From: Candidatus Latescibacterota bacterium
GTDB lineage: Bacteria > Latescibacterota > UBA2968 > UBA8231
Reading direction: 5' to 3'
DNA: 64,000 nucleotides
Assembly (NCBI GenBank): GCA_965243025.1
Contig: CBDETY010000003.1
Coordinates: forward strand, 128,001-192,000
A program made the position numbers and the translations under genes. A model generated the notes under the pieces. The model saw only the letters and a list, made by a program, of their open reading frames with translations. It was not told the DNA's origin and searched no databases. Shown one piece after another: positions 24,225-33,214 of the stretch (position 1 is its first letter; each line of letters starts with the position of its first letter).

Positions 24225-27200
24225 TGAACGCGCTCCTGCCGGTCGTCATGGCGGCGCTGGTCGCCGGAAGCCAGTGGTGGACGAACCCCGAGGACATGGG
24301 CAAGGAGTTCGCCGCGGCGCAGCGCCTGCTGGCATCGGGGGACTTCGACGGCGCCCGCAAGTCGTACGAGGCCCTGCTGCGGGTGCCCGAGCATCCGCTC
24401 ATGCGCCCCTCGCGCGTCCGCGTGAAGGTGGACGACAAGGAGGTCAACCTGCGCGAGGCGGCCCGCTACCAGCTCGCCAACCTCGACCGCAGGGAAGGGC
24501 TGCAGCTGCTCCGGGAGGCCGGGTCCGCCTCCCCGGCCGCGGCCGGGTCCCTGCGGGCCGCGGCCCCGGAGCGGTTCGCCTCGGCGGCTGTGAGTTTCCG
24601 CGGCCTGCGGGACGAACCCGGCTTCGGCCTGCGCGAGACGGCCGCCTTCCTGGTGGTCGACTGCTGGTTCGAGGCCGGCATGTACGAACGGGCCGCGGCC
24701 GCCGCCCGGGAGCTGCTGGAGCTGTTCCCCGAAGGCCGCTACCGGGCGCGGGCCCGCTACGCCCTGGGGTGGTCGCTCTTCCACCTCGGGAAGTTCTCCG
24801 GGGCGGCCGCGGCCTTCGCCCGCTACCTCGAGGCCGACTCGACCAGCGCGCGCGCCGACCGGGCGCGGCTGCAGCGGGGGCTGGCGCTGGAGCAGCAGGG
24901 GGAGTACGCCGCCGCCCTTCAGGCCTTCGACCGCCTCGCCCGTTCCCGCGACCCGGAGGGGATGTCCCACCGCGAGCGCACCGAGGCCGCCCTGTCGGGG
25001 CTGCGCGAGGGGGAGAGCCGGCGCCTGCTTGCGGCCAAGGCCTGGGTCAAGAAGGGGGACATGCACCGCAGGCTGCGGGAGCTGCCCGCGGCGCTCGGCT
25101 CCTACCGCATGGTCACCGGGGAGTTCGCAGCCCAGACCTCCGTGGCCGAGACCGCGTGGCTGCGCCTGGCGGAGGTGGAGCGGCAGGCGAACGGGGTGGA
25201 CGCCGCCCTCGCGGTCTACCGCTACGCCGCGGAGACCGCGGAGAGGGAGCCGTTCCGCGGGCGCATGCAGGCGGGGCTGATGAGCCTGCTGTTCGAGGAG
25301 GGGCGCTACGCCGAGTCCCTGGCGGCGCACCTGCTCTACCTCGCCAGCTACGGCGCCGTGGCCGAGGCGGCCGGGGTCCGGGTCGACGAGGCCCGCTACC
25401 GGGCCGGGGAGTGCTACCGCCTGCTCGCGGGGAACGCGGAGGAAGCCGGGACCGATTCCCTGCTGGAAGCGGCCGCGGCCGCGTACCGGCTCGTGTTCGA
25501 AGACGAGGGATCGAGCCTGGGGCGGGACGCCCGTTTCTGGACCGGGCACGTCCGGGAGCTCCTCGGCGACCTGCCGGGGGCGGTCGATGCCTTCGCCGCG
25601 GTCGCCGCGGACAGCGCGGACCCCGCCATCGCCTGCCAGGCCGAGCTGCGGCTCGCCGGGCTGGAACCGGGGCAACGGACCGAACGCCTGCGGCGGGTCC
25701 TCGCTCGCTGCGAAGACGGACAGGTGCGGGCCGCGGCCGCCCTCGAGCTGGCCTACGGGCACGGCCGCCGGGGGGAGACGGCCGCGGCGCGCCGGCTGCT
25801 GGAAGGGATAACCCCCGGCCTGCCGCAGTGGCGGCAGGCGCAGCTGATGCTGGCGCAGGCGCACGCGCAGGAAGGGGACGTCGACGGGGCGCTCGCCCTG
25901 CTGTCGGCGCGGTCGCAGGGCGCGGAAGATCCGGATTTCGAGCGCGAGCTGCGGGCGCAGACCGCGCTGCTGCTGCAGCTCCGGGGCCGGCACGAGGAGG
26001 CGTTGGCGATCCTTCGGGAGACCGCGCCTGGCCTGCGGGGCGGGCTGCGGGTGCCGGCCCATTTCGGCTGGGGGAGGGCGTTGTTCCTGACGGGAAACCC
26101 GCGGGCCGCATGGGACCGGTGGGCGGAGGTGCTGCGCCGGGAGCGGACCACAGCGGAGGAGAAGCGCGCCCTGCTGCGGGCGCTGGGGGCGTGCGCCCGG
26201 GAGCTGGGGGAGCCGGAGCGGATGCTGCCGGTGTTCGAGGCCATGCTGGCAGATTCGAGCAGCCGAATCGAGGGACGGCTGGGACTGGCCCGGCATTTCC
26301 TCGACTCCGGGATGCCGGGGAAGGCCGCGGCGCAGGCGCGCGGACTGGCCCCGGCCGCCGCTTCGCCCGAGGCCGCGCAGGCCGCCCTGCTGCTGGCCGG
26401 AGCCCTGGCGGCGCAGGACAGCCTGATCGCCGCCGAAGCCGTCCTGCTGGCCGGGTTGAAGCAGGGGCCGGACCGGGAGGCCGCGGCGGAGATGCAGTTC
26501 CAGCTCGGCAGCCTCTACCAGCGGCTGGGGAGGCATGCCGAGGCCCGGCGCTCTTTCTCCGCGGCCGCCGGGGAGACCGCCCGCCGCGACCTGGCGTCCG
26601 CGGCCGCCTGGCACGCCGCCCACAGCCATGCCGCGGCCGGGGAAGAGCCGGAGGCAACCGCCCTGTTTCGCCGGGTCGTCGGCGAGTTCGCGGAGCAGCC
26701 CCAGGCCGCGAAGGCGGCCCTCCTGCTGGCGGAGAAGGCCCACGGGGGCGGGGACCTCGCCGCGGCCCTGCGATGGTACGAGACCATCCGCGCTCAGTGG
26801 CCGCGAACCCCCGAGGCCGCGGACGCCGCCTACGGGGCGGCCTGGTGCCACCTGGAGCTGGGGAACGGAGAAGCGACGGATTCCCTGTTCAGGTCCCTGC
26901 CCGAAGAGTTCCCCGGCCACCCGAGGGCCCGGGAGGGCCTGCTCAACCTCGGGGACTTCTACTACAACCGCGCCGACCACGGGGCCGCCCGCGAAGTCTA
27001 CGAGGAGGTCGCCGGCCTTTACCCCGGCAGCGGCGAGGCCGCGCAGGCGATGGAGGTGCTGCGGCACCTCGACGACGCCGCGGCCGACTCCCTCTACCGG
27101 AAGGGGATGGAGGCGTTCGACGCCGGCTCCTTCGAGGCGGCGATACCGCTGCTGCGGCAGGTGGTCGAGACCTGGCCGGGCACCCCGAGCGAGGCCGCGG

Positions 27201-27379
27201 CCCGCTGCAACATCGGCATGGCCTACCAGCGCCTCGGGGAGCACCGCGCCGCCGCCCGCGTCTACGACGAGGCCGTAAGGGCCCTCGAAGGCCGGGAAGA
27301 GGAGCAGGAGGCGCGCGAGTTCGCGCGCAGGAACCGCGCCTGGATAGCGGCCCGCATATTCGGCGGGGAGGCCCTGTAG
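24224..27379 (+). CDS. Exported tetratricopeptide-repeat protein (~1050 aa)
   Basis: ATG overlaps the previous TGA; many TPR-type repeats (ARYALGWSLF, AAYGAAWCH, LLNLGDFYY, ARCNIGMAY). Confidence 0.85.
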   Translation: MNALLPVVMAALVAGSQWWTNPEDMGKEFAAAQRLLASGDFDGARKSYEALLRVPEHPLMRPSRVRVKVDDKEVNLREAARYQLANLDRREGLQLLREAGSASPAAAGSLRAAAPERFASAAVSFRGLRDEPGFGLRETAAFLVVDCWFEAGMYERAAAAARELLELFPEGRYRARARYALGWSLFHLGKFSGAAAAFARYLEADSTSARADRARLQRGLALEQQGEYAAALQAFDRLARSRDPEGMSHRERTEAALSGLREGESRRLLAAKAWVKKGDMHRRLRELPAALGSYRMVTGEFAAQTSVAETAWLRLAEVERQANGVDAALAVYRYAAETAEREPFRGRMQAGLMSLLFEEGRYAESLAAHLLYLASYGAVAEAAGVRVDEARYRAGECYRLLAGNAEEAGTDSLLEAAAAAYRLVFEDEGSSLGRDARFWTGHVRELLGDLPGAVDAFAAVAADSADPAIACQAELRLAGLEPGQRTERLRRVLARCEDGQVRAAAALELAYGHGRRGETAAARRLLEGITPGLPQWRQAQLMLAQAHAQEGDVDGALALLSARSQGAEDPDFERELRAQTALLLQLRGRHEEALAILRETAPGLRGGLRVPAHFGWGRALFLTGNPRAAWDRWAEVLRRERTTAEEKRALLRALGACARELGEPERMLPVFEAMLADSSSRIEGRLGLARHFLDSGMPGKAAAQARGLAPAAASPEAAQAALLLAGALAAQDSLIAAEAVLLAGLKQGPDREAAAEMQFQLGSLYQRLGRHAEARRSFSAAAGETARRDLASAAAWHAAHSHAAAGEEPEATALFRRVVGEFAEQPQAAKAALLLAEKAHGGGDLAAALRWYETIRAQWPRTPEAADAAYGAAWCHLELGNGEATDSLFRSLPEEFPGHPRAREGLLNLGDFYYNRADHGAAREVYEEVAGLYPGSGEAAQAMEVLRHLDDAAADSLYRKGMEAFDAGSFEAAIPLLRQVVETWPGTPSEAAARCNIGMAYQRLGEHRAAARVYDEAVRALEGREEEQEAREFARRNRAWIAARIFGGEAL

Positions 27380-28215
27380 TGGGCCGCGGACCAGGGGCAG
27401 GACGCCACCTGTCGACCGGGCGGGCGGTGCGGGGCCGTCGAACCGGCTCCCCGGCTCGCGCCCCGTTCCCGCCGCGGGCCCTCGCCCTGGCCTGGCTGGG
27501 GGCCGCGGCGACCGCCTGCGTGTCGCTGCCGCCCGACCTCGTGTACCAAGTGGCGTTCGCGCCGCGGCCGCAGCAGCTCGCCGAAGAGGATTTCTACTTC
27601 GACCCGGAGGACAGCACCACGGTGTTCCAGCGCGGGGGCTTCCGCCTCAAGCTGCGCCACCTCGGCGACCGCGAGCTCAACGAGGAGTACGCCCGCTTCA
27701 CCTACCGCGAGCCGAACCTCAACCCCTTCACCTACGGCCGCGACCGCGACCGCGACCTCGGGTACTCGCCGCCGCGCTTCACCGTTTTCGAGATGACCGC
27801 GGTCAACCAGACCTTTCCCAAGGTCATGGTCGATCCGGCGCGGATGACCCTGCTCACGGACCGCGGGGACCGGCTTCAGTACTGGTCGGTGCGCAAGCGG
27901 GACGCGCCCAACAGCTTCGAAGCCTACTACATGGAGCGCCGCGGCCAGGGCGGCAACGAGGAGCACTATTTCAACGAAAGACTCGGAATCGTGCGCGAGT
28001 CCCTGTACAGGCGGAACACCTTCGTCTTCAAGGGGGAGAGCTACTCGGGAAAGGTGGTCTTCGGACCGCTGCACCCCGGCGTCCGGCAGGCGACGGTGAA
28101 TGTCGAAGGCATCGTCCTGCGGTTCGACGCCTTCGACGTCCCCGGGGAAACGGCGGGGGCGTCTATGACCTTCGCCGTGCGCCAGCGCGTACTGAAAGCT
28201 GAAACGTCCCCTTGA
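27379..28215 (+). CDS. Putative lipoprotein (start uncertain)
   Basis: Hydrophobic stretch ending AATAC; NLNPFTYG, PPRFTVF. Confidence 0.6.
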   Translation: MGRGPGAGRHLSTGRAVRGRRTGSPARAPFPPRALALAWLGAAATACVSLPPDLVYQVAFAPRPQQLAEEDFYFDPEDSTTVFQRGGFRLKLRHLGDRELNEEYARFTYREPNLNPFTYGRDRDRDLGYSPPRFTVFEMTAVNQTFPKVMVDPARMTLLTDRGDRLQYWSVRKRDAPNSFEAYYMERRGQGGNEEHYFNERLGIVRESLYRRNTFVFKGESYSGKVVFGPLHPGVRQATVNVEGIVLRFDAFDVPGETAGASMTFAVRQRVLKAETSP

Positions 28216-28387
28216 TTGAAGCCGAGGGATCGGTTTCTTTGCGGATCGAAATCAGAGAATCAGACATGGGCCTGCGTTGAAACCTGACTGAACGAGGTGG
28301 TTTTGCAGCATTCTACCTGACCGCAACGAACCCTTGCGGACCTTCCGCAAATTCTCGGCCGGGCACTCCCATCGGTGACGGGCGCAC

Positions 28388-29494
28388 ATGCTCGATCTCT
28401 CTCAGCCCCGCATTCTCCTCGAGTTCGTTCTCCTCTCCGGTCTTCTGACTGCCGGCTGCTACACCGCCTACACCGACATCCGCTTCCGGCGCCTGCCCCA
28501 CAGATGGGTTTACGGCCTTCTCGGGGCCGGCCTCCTCGGACAGTTGATGTTCCTCGACCTGCTGGCGACGAACTGGACGAACATCGTCCTCGTCTTCGCC
28601 GGCGGCTTCGTCGTCTCCTACCTCCTCTACGCCTACGGGTTCTGGGCGCCGGGGGACGCCAAGCTCTACTGGGCCGTCGTCGTTGCCCTTCCTCCGAGCC
28701 TGGTGCCCGTTCACGACGCCTTCTCGATGAACGATCCCCTGTGGGCGATCTTCATCAATTCGGTGGTCCTCAGCTTTCTCTTCATCGCCGGGCTGCTGGT
28801 TTCCAGCCGCAGGAGCCGGTCGCGGCTCGCCGCTTCGATCCGGGAAGCCCGCCTCGATGCCAGGTCCCTTCTCCGGACCGGGGCCCGGGCCGTGGGCCTG
28901 GCCGGGATCGCGCTCATGGCAACCGCCTTCGTCATCGAGCGCCCGATGGCGGTCACCGAGAACCTCCTGATCCTCATGTTGCTGTTCCTGGCGTCGGAGC
29001 GTCTGGTCCGGCCCCCGTACGAGAGCCTGTACGTCTGGCCGGGCGCCGCAGGCTGGATCTACCTGTCCTGGATCACCGGTTCCTGGCTCGACCACCTCAT
29101 TGTCGCGGCGCTGGGCGCGGCCATCATGGCCGCCTTCTTCTTCATCCGCGACTACTACTCCTCGGCTTTCGTTCAGGGCCTCGCCGTCGACGACCTGCGA
29201 CCGGGACTGACGCCCCACAGGTCCCTGTACATGGAGAAGGATCCCGGCACGGGGGGGCGGCGCTACACCCTCGGCGATGCCGGGGGGCAGGACCGGCACA
29301 CCCTGTGCAGGGCCGGCGAGCCGTTGACCGCCGAAGACGTGTCCCGGCTCAGGCAGGTCAAAGCGGGAGGCGCCCTCGAAGGAATCGGCGACCGCATAGA
29401 GATAGAGGGGGCCATTCCCTTCGCGCCCTTCATCACCGCGGGCACGGCGGTCACCGTACTGGCCGCCGGAACCATGACGAGGCTCTTGCCATGA
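28388..29494 (+). CDS. A24-family (EppA/FlaK-like) prepilin-type aspartic peptidase with extra TM helices
   Basis: YTDIRFRRLP (Asp1), WAPGDAKL (GxGD-like Asp2), many TM segments, C-terminal LTAEDV...IPFAPFITAG. Confidence 0.75.
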   Translation: MLDLSQPRILLEFVLLSGLLTAGCYTAYTDIRFRRLPHRWVYGLLGAGLLGQLMFLDLLATNWTNIVLVFAGGFVVSYLLYAYGFWAPGDAKLYWAVVVALPPSLVPVHDAFSMNDPLWAIFINSVVLSFLFIAGLLVSSRRSRSRLAASIREARLDARSLLRTGARAVGLAGIALMATAFVIERPMAVTENLLILMLLFLASERLVRPPYESLYVWPGAAGWIYLSWITGSWLDHLIVAALGAAIMAAFFFIRDYYSSAFVQGLAVDDLRPGLTPHRSLYMEKDPGTGGRRYTLGDAGGQDRHTLCRAGEPLTAEDVSRLRQVKAGGALEGIGDRIEIEGAIPFAPFITAGTAVTVLAAGTMTRLLP

Positions 29495-30093
29495 ACGTGA
29501 AAGACACGGACAACCGGCGTCCCTGGATCGTGCCGGCGGCCGTCGCCGCGACGGTCGGGATCCTGCTCAGCGCGGCGCTCATCGTCGCTTCGAAGCGCTA
29601 CGCTTCCGAAGAGATCTGGACGGACGAGCAGTTCAAACCCCTGGTCGGGAAGCTCGCGCCGTACTTCGAGCGGGCATCGGTCGCCCACGGAACGGTGAGC
29701 AACGAGGATTTCTCGGGGGAGCCGTACGTGCTCTTCTTCGGGGACCCGGGCTGTTCCGCCTGCGACATGATGTACCACGTGCTGCAGGAGGCCGACCAGG
29801 AGCTCGACATCCTCTACATCGGCGCCGGCGACAGCCTGCGGCTGGTCGAGAAGACGGATTCGCTGGGATTCCGCTTTCCCATCCTCTACGACCCGGCGAA
29901 CGAGGTCCGGGAGCTCTTCGGTGTCGACGCCACGCCGACCTCCCTGGTGATCGGCGCCGATGGACGGGTAGAATCCGGCGCCGCCGGGTCGATCAGCGCC
30001 GGCCGCGTCGTGGAGAAACTCCATTCCGAGAAGCAGATGAAGGAGGGATTGATCTGGAACCTTCTGAACCGGGACTCCGGCGGGCGCGGTTGA
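29491..30093 (+). CDS. Membrane-anchored TlpA/redoxin-family protein (CSAC)
   Basis: N-terminal TM; GKLAP.F, LFFGDPGCSAC, FPILYD, GVDATPT; ATGA coupling. Confidence 0.8.
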   Translation: MNVKDTDNRRPWIVPAAVAATVGILLSAALIVASKRYASEEIWTDEQFKPLVGKLAPYFERASVAHGTVSNEDFSGEPYVLFFGDPGCSACDMMYHVLQEADQELDILYIGAGDSLRLVEKTDSLGFRFPILYDPANEVRELFGVDATPTSLVIGADGRVESGAAGSISAGRVVEKLHSEKQMKEGLIWNLLNRDSGGRG

Positions 30094-30602
30094 TCGGCGG
30101 CGCCCTTCTCGCCGTCACGCTCCTGTTCCTCGTCCTGTTCTCGGACAGGATCCCCGACAAGCTGACCGCCGTTCTCCCGGCTGAACCGGAGACTTCCGGC
30201 CTGCCTCCGGGGGCCGAGGTGCCTGCGTTCGACCTGCCGGACATGGACGGCGACAGGGTGACCGGCGGCGACCTCGGCGACGGCCCGACAGCCCTGGTCT
30301 TCGTCACCTCCACCTGCCCCTATTGCGGGGAGCTGTTCGCCGGCCTGCGGGATCTGGAGGAAGGGGATGGGGACCTGCTGTTCATCTCCGCCGGGGGCCT
30401 GGCCGAAGGCGCACTGGTGCGGGAAAAGCTCGGGGGGCATTGGCCTGTGCTCTTCGATTCCACGGGGGCGGCATCGACTGCCTTCGAGATTCAGGTGGTG
30501 CCGACCGTGTACGTGGCCGAAAACGGAAAAATCGCTTCCCTGGCGCAGGGAATGCCCCAGGCCCTGGAAGCGGTGCAGACAGCGCTCAGGCGAGGAGGTT
30601 GA
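30090..30602 (+). CDS. Membrane-anchored MauD/TlpA-like redoxin (CPYC)
   Basis: GLPPGAEVPAFDLPDMDG, LVFVTSTCPYC, IQVVPT; TTGA coupling. Confidence 0.8.
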   Translation: MIGGALLAVTLLFLVLFSDRIPDKLTAVLPAEPETSGLPPGAEVPAFDLPDMDGDRVTGGDLGDGPTALVFVTSTCPYCGELFAGLRDLEEGDGDLLFISAGGLAEGALVREKLGGHWPVLFDSTGAASTAFEIQVVPTVYVAENGKIASLAQGMPQALEAVQTALRRGG

Positions 30603-30642
30603 CAATGCCGAAGTTTCAGAGGTTGACAATGCCGAAGTTTCA
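30595..30642 (+). repeat. Perfect 24-bp tandem repeat
   Basis: GAGGTTGACAATGCCGAAGTTTCA at 30595 and 30619. Confidence 0.95.
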
Positions 30643-31003
30643 AAAGACTGAAGGGGAAGAGGAAGAACGCGAGCAGGAGGTGATAACCGCGTTCGTGCGC
30701 GAGAACTGCGACAGGATTCACTCGCGCGATGACGTGGCGCGAAAGTTGGGTGTCTGCCCGGAGACGGTTTCCAACCACATACGAAATGAAACGGGAATGG
30801 GTTTTACTGAGTTTCTGCATCAACACCAGGTCGCCAGGGCGATGGACCTGCTTGAATCGACCAGTCTCAACGTATCGCAGATTGCCGGTCAGGTGGGGTT
30901 CACGAGTCCGGAGCACTTCTCCCGGGTTTTCCACAAGGTGACCGGCTCACCGCCGACTCATTACCGTCTCGCCAAGAGGGCGGAGAAGGCAAACGCCGAG
31001 TAA
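30605..31003 (+). CDS. Stand-alone AraC-family HTH regulator (no ligand domain)
   Basis: LLESTSLNVSQIAGQVGFTSPEHFSRVFHKVTGSPPTHYR; 132 aa. Confidence 0.85.
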   Translation: MPKFQRLTMPKFQKTEGEEEEREQEVITAFVRENCDRIHSRDDVARKLGVCPETVSNHIRNETGMGFTEFLHQHQVARAMDLLESTSLNVSQIAGQVGFTSPEHFSRVFHKVTGSPPTHYRLAKRAEKANAE

Positions 31004-31007
31004 GGCG

Positions 31008-32807
31008 TTATGGTTCCTGTCCGGTGCCCGGCTCGGGGCGGCGCCGCTGGTTGTAGAGGATGTGGACCCCGCCGCCGCGATACCCCTCGTCGGTAACCAC
31101 GAGGTCGAGGTCTCCGTCCTCATCGAGATCTCCCGCCCATGCCTGGCCTCCTTCCCCCTTCAGTCTGTAGCACCCCTCGATCACCGGCAGGGCGCCCCGT
31201 TGCCCTTCGTAGACGATCACGCTGCGGCCGGAATAGAGGTTCCTGTTGACGACCACCGGGTCCGGGATCCGGTCTCCGTTCAGGTCCCAGGACCGCACCG
31301 AGGAGACGGTCTGGATCTCCGAATCGACCCAAGGGGTCATCTCCAGGCGGCCGCTGCCGTCGTTCACCGCCCACTTCAGACCCGGGTAGCGGACCGGGTA
31401 CCAGTTCGTCAGTCTTTCCGCAAGGAACAGCAGATCGAGGTCCCCGTCGCCGTCCATGTCGCTGACGTCGTCGAGCAGACCTTGGGAAGAATCGACAGGA
31501 ACAACTAGCGAAAGCGGTTCCCCGGTTCCAAGGAGGGCAAGGTCGCGGCTGATTCGGACCCGCATCGAATCCTTTGCTGCCGCCCGCGGCTGCACCCACA
31601 CCACGTCGAGCCGGCCGTTGCCGTCGACGTCCTTGACGGAGTGCACCAGGAACCCGGGTTCCTGGAAACGCGGCCCCTCGGTCACTTGGCCCCCCGGGCC
31701 GGCCAGCAGGATCGAGAGGCCGCCGACCGGCCGCGGGCCGGTCTCCCACAACCACGAGAACCAGACATCCTCGCGGCCGTCTCCGTTGTAGTCGGCAACT
31801 GCCAGTGGGGTCTCGTCCGGGTCGGTACTGAGACTTACCTCGTCGTATCGGCCCGAGCCGAGGTTGCTCAACCACAGACCGAGGCCGCCGATCGAGAACA
31901 GGATGTCGGCGACGCCGTCCTGATTCAGGTCGCCCGCGCCACCGAAGCGCAAGTAGAACCGCTCCTCACTCCTTGCCGGAGGGAACCAGTCGGAGACGGC
32001 AAACCTGCCGTCCTCTTGGTTCTCGACCTGGAGGAACCCCATGGACCTGTCTACGGCGGACTGCCAGGGCAGCAGAAGATCGAAGTCTCCGTCCCCGTCG
32101 AGGTCGGAAATGCCGGAGGGAGACCTCCGAGGCCCGTGAGGCTCGCCGATCCCTTCCTGGTCGAGAGGGAGGAACCGGCTTTCGGCGAATAGAGCGCCCC
32201 CTGTGCATGGGGGGGCCGTACCGGGGAGAGTTCCCCCGCGGTCCCGGAACCGGTCGACGAGCTCTATCTCTTCTATTTCAAGGAAGCGCGCGGCGTCTGA
32301 CTCCGGAAGACCGGAGCAGCGGCCCACCGCTACCCGGAGGTCTGTCAGGTTCTCGTCCCAGACCAGTTCCTCCCTGGTGAGATCGAACTCGACATCCGTC
32401 CAGGAGTCCGACAGAACCGTCTCGACTAGCAAAGCGAAGCGGCTTTTTCCCCGTGGTTTCGGATCCTGCCCCGGGTGCTGCTCGTTATGACTGTTCGTCC
32501 AGGTCAGAGCGACCGTGCAGTCCGTTCCCGGCGACCCGGGAAGACGGAGGCGTACCTTGGCGCGGCTGAACCGGTCCGACTCTAGGTTCAACCGCGGCGA
32601 CAGCAGAAGGGGAAGGCGGTGATCCTGCAGTTGCAGGGCAAACCGGAGCCTACCGTCTGCTGCCACCACATCAATAGGTGGTTGAAACCCAAGGGAGGGG
32701 GTTCGTTGGCGCACTTGCCAGCCCTGCAAGCCCGAGCTGAAATCCCACTTCGTGCCGAGCGCAGGACCAGCCTGCAGTGCAACGATCAGAACAGCGGACC
32801 GAAGCAT
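31008..32807 (-). CDS. Secreted FG-GAP/VCBS beta-propeller protein (paralog C, lacks FlgD-Ig tail)
   Basis: Signal; WDF...QGW N-domain; repeated DLDGDGDFD/DLNQDGVAD/DYNGDGRED/DVDGNGRLD/DLNGDRIPD; AAGGA RBS before ATG 32807. Confidence 0.8.
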   Translation of the reverse strand: MLRSAVLIVALQAGPALGTKWDFSSGLQGWQVRQRTPSLGFQPPIDVVAADGRLRFALQLQDHRLPLLLSPRLNLESDRFSRAKVRLRLPGSPGTDCTVALTWTNSHNEQHPGQDPKPRGKSRFALLVETVLSDSWTDVEFDLTREELVWDENLTDLRVAVGRCSGLPESDAARFLEIEEIELVDRFRDRGGTLPGTAPPCTGGALFAESRFLPLDQEGIGEPHGPRRSPSGISDLDGDGDFDLLLPWQSAVDRSMGFLQVENQEDGRFAVSDWFPPARSEERFYLRFGGAGDLNQDGVADILFSIGGLGLWLSNLGSGRYDEVSLSTDPDETPLAVADYNGDGREDVWFSWLWETGPRPVGGLSILLAGPGGQVTEGPRFQEPGFLVHSVKDVDGNGRLDVVWVQPRAAAKDSMRVRISRDLALLGTGEPLSLVVPVDSSQGLLDDVSDMDGDGDLDLLFLAERLTNWYPVRYPGLKWAVNDGSGRLEMTPWVDSEIQTVSSVRSWDLNGDRIPDPVVVNRNLYSGRSVIVYEGQRGALPVIEGCYRLKGEGGQAWAGDLDEDGDLDLVVTDEGYRGGGVHILYNQRRRPEPGTGQEP

Positions 32808-32829
32808 GGGATTTCCTTTGCCCCTCCCC

Positions 32830-32875
32830 AAAAAAAAGGCTGGAGGGGCTATATGCTACCATCCCTCCAGCCTTT
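32830..32875 (-). terminator. Strong Rho-independent terminator after the peptide gene
   Basis: AAGGCTGGAGGG/CCCTCCAGCCTT stem running into T8 on minus strand. Confidence 0.85.
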
Positions 32876-32917
32876 CCTTGGCCTAGGATTTCCTAGGTGA
32901 TTTTTTTTGTCCTCTCT

Positions 32918-33214
32918 CTAGCCCGGGCAAGTGGACCCCCTGCACCCAGACTCATTACTAACAAAACCGCCGGATCTACAACACTTGTAAACCAAACGTT
33001 CTCCCCAAGGACAACAACCACCGTGCCAGTGCCAACTTCCGCAAGTGTAATCCACTGAAGGACAGCCTGTCGTGTGTGCCTCCGCAGGTTGGAAGGTGCC
33101 GAAGATCATACCTACGGCCAAAATTGCGACTAGGACGAATCCCAGGGAAATCCCTGTCTTCTCCGCGACAATGCCGCTGTCGGAGCCGAAGAACTCGATC
33201 AGTGATGTTTTCAT
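32918..33214 (-). CDS. Small secreted 8-cysteine peptide precursor (98 aa; ~52-aa core)
   Basis: RBS GGAGAGG; leader, hydrophobic stretch, AEA cleavage site; core C-X6-C-X8-CC-X9-CC-X11-C-X4-C; own terminator. Confidence 0.8.
   Translation of the reverse strand: MKTSLIEFFGSDSGIVAEKTGISLGFVLVAILAVGMIFGTFQPAEAHTTGCPSVDYTCGSWHWHGGCCPWGERLVYKCCRSGGFVSNESGCRGSTCPG

Noticed and set aside
30595-30642. CRISPR mini-array
   Set aside because: Two abutting repeats with no spacer and no cas genes
28388-33214. Methylamine dehydrogenase (mau) cluster or type IV/Tad pilus locus
   Set aside because: The core is much shorter than MauA, MauG and MauE are absent, and the propellers are FG-GAP type; no pilus ATPase, secretin or platform genes are present
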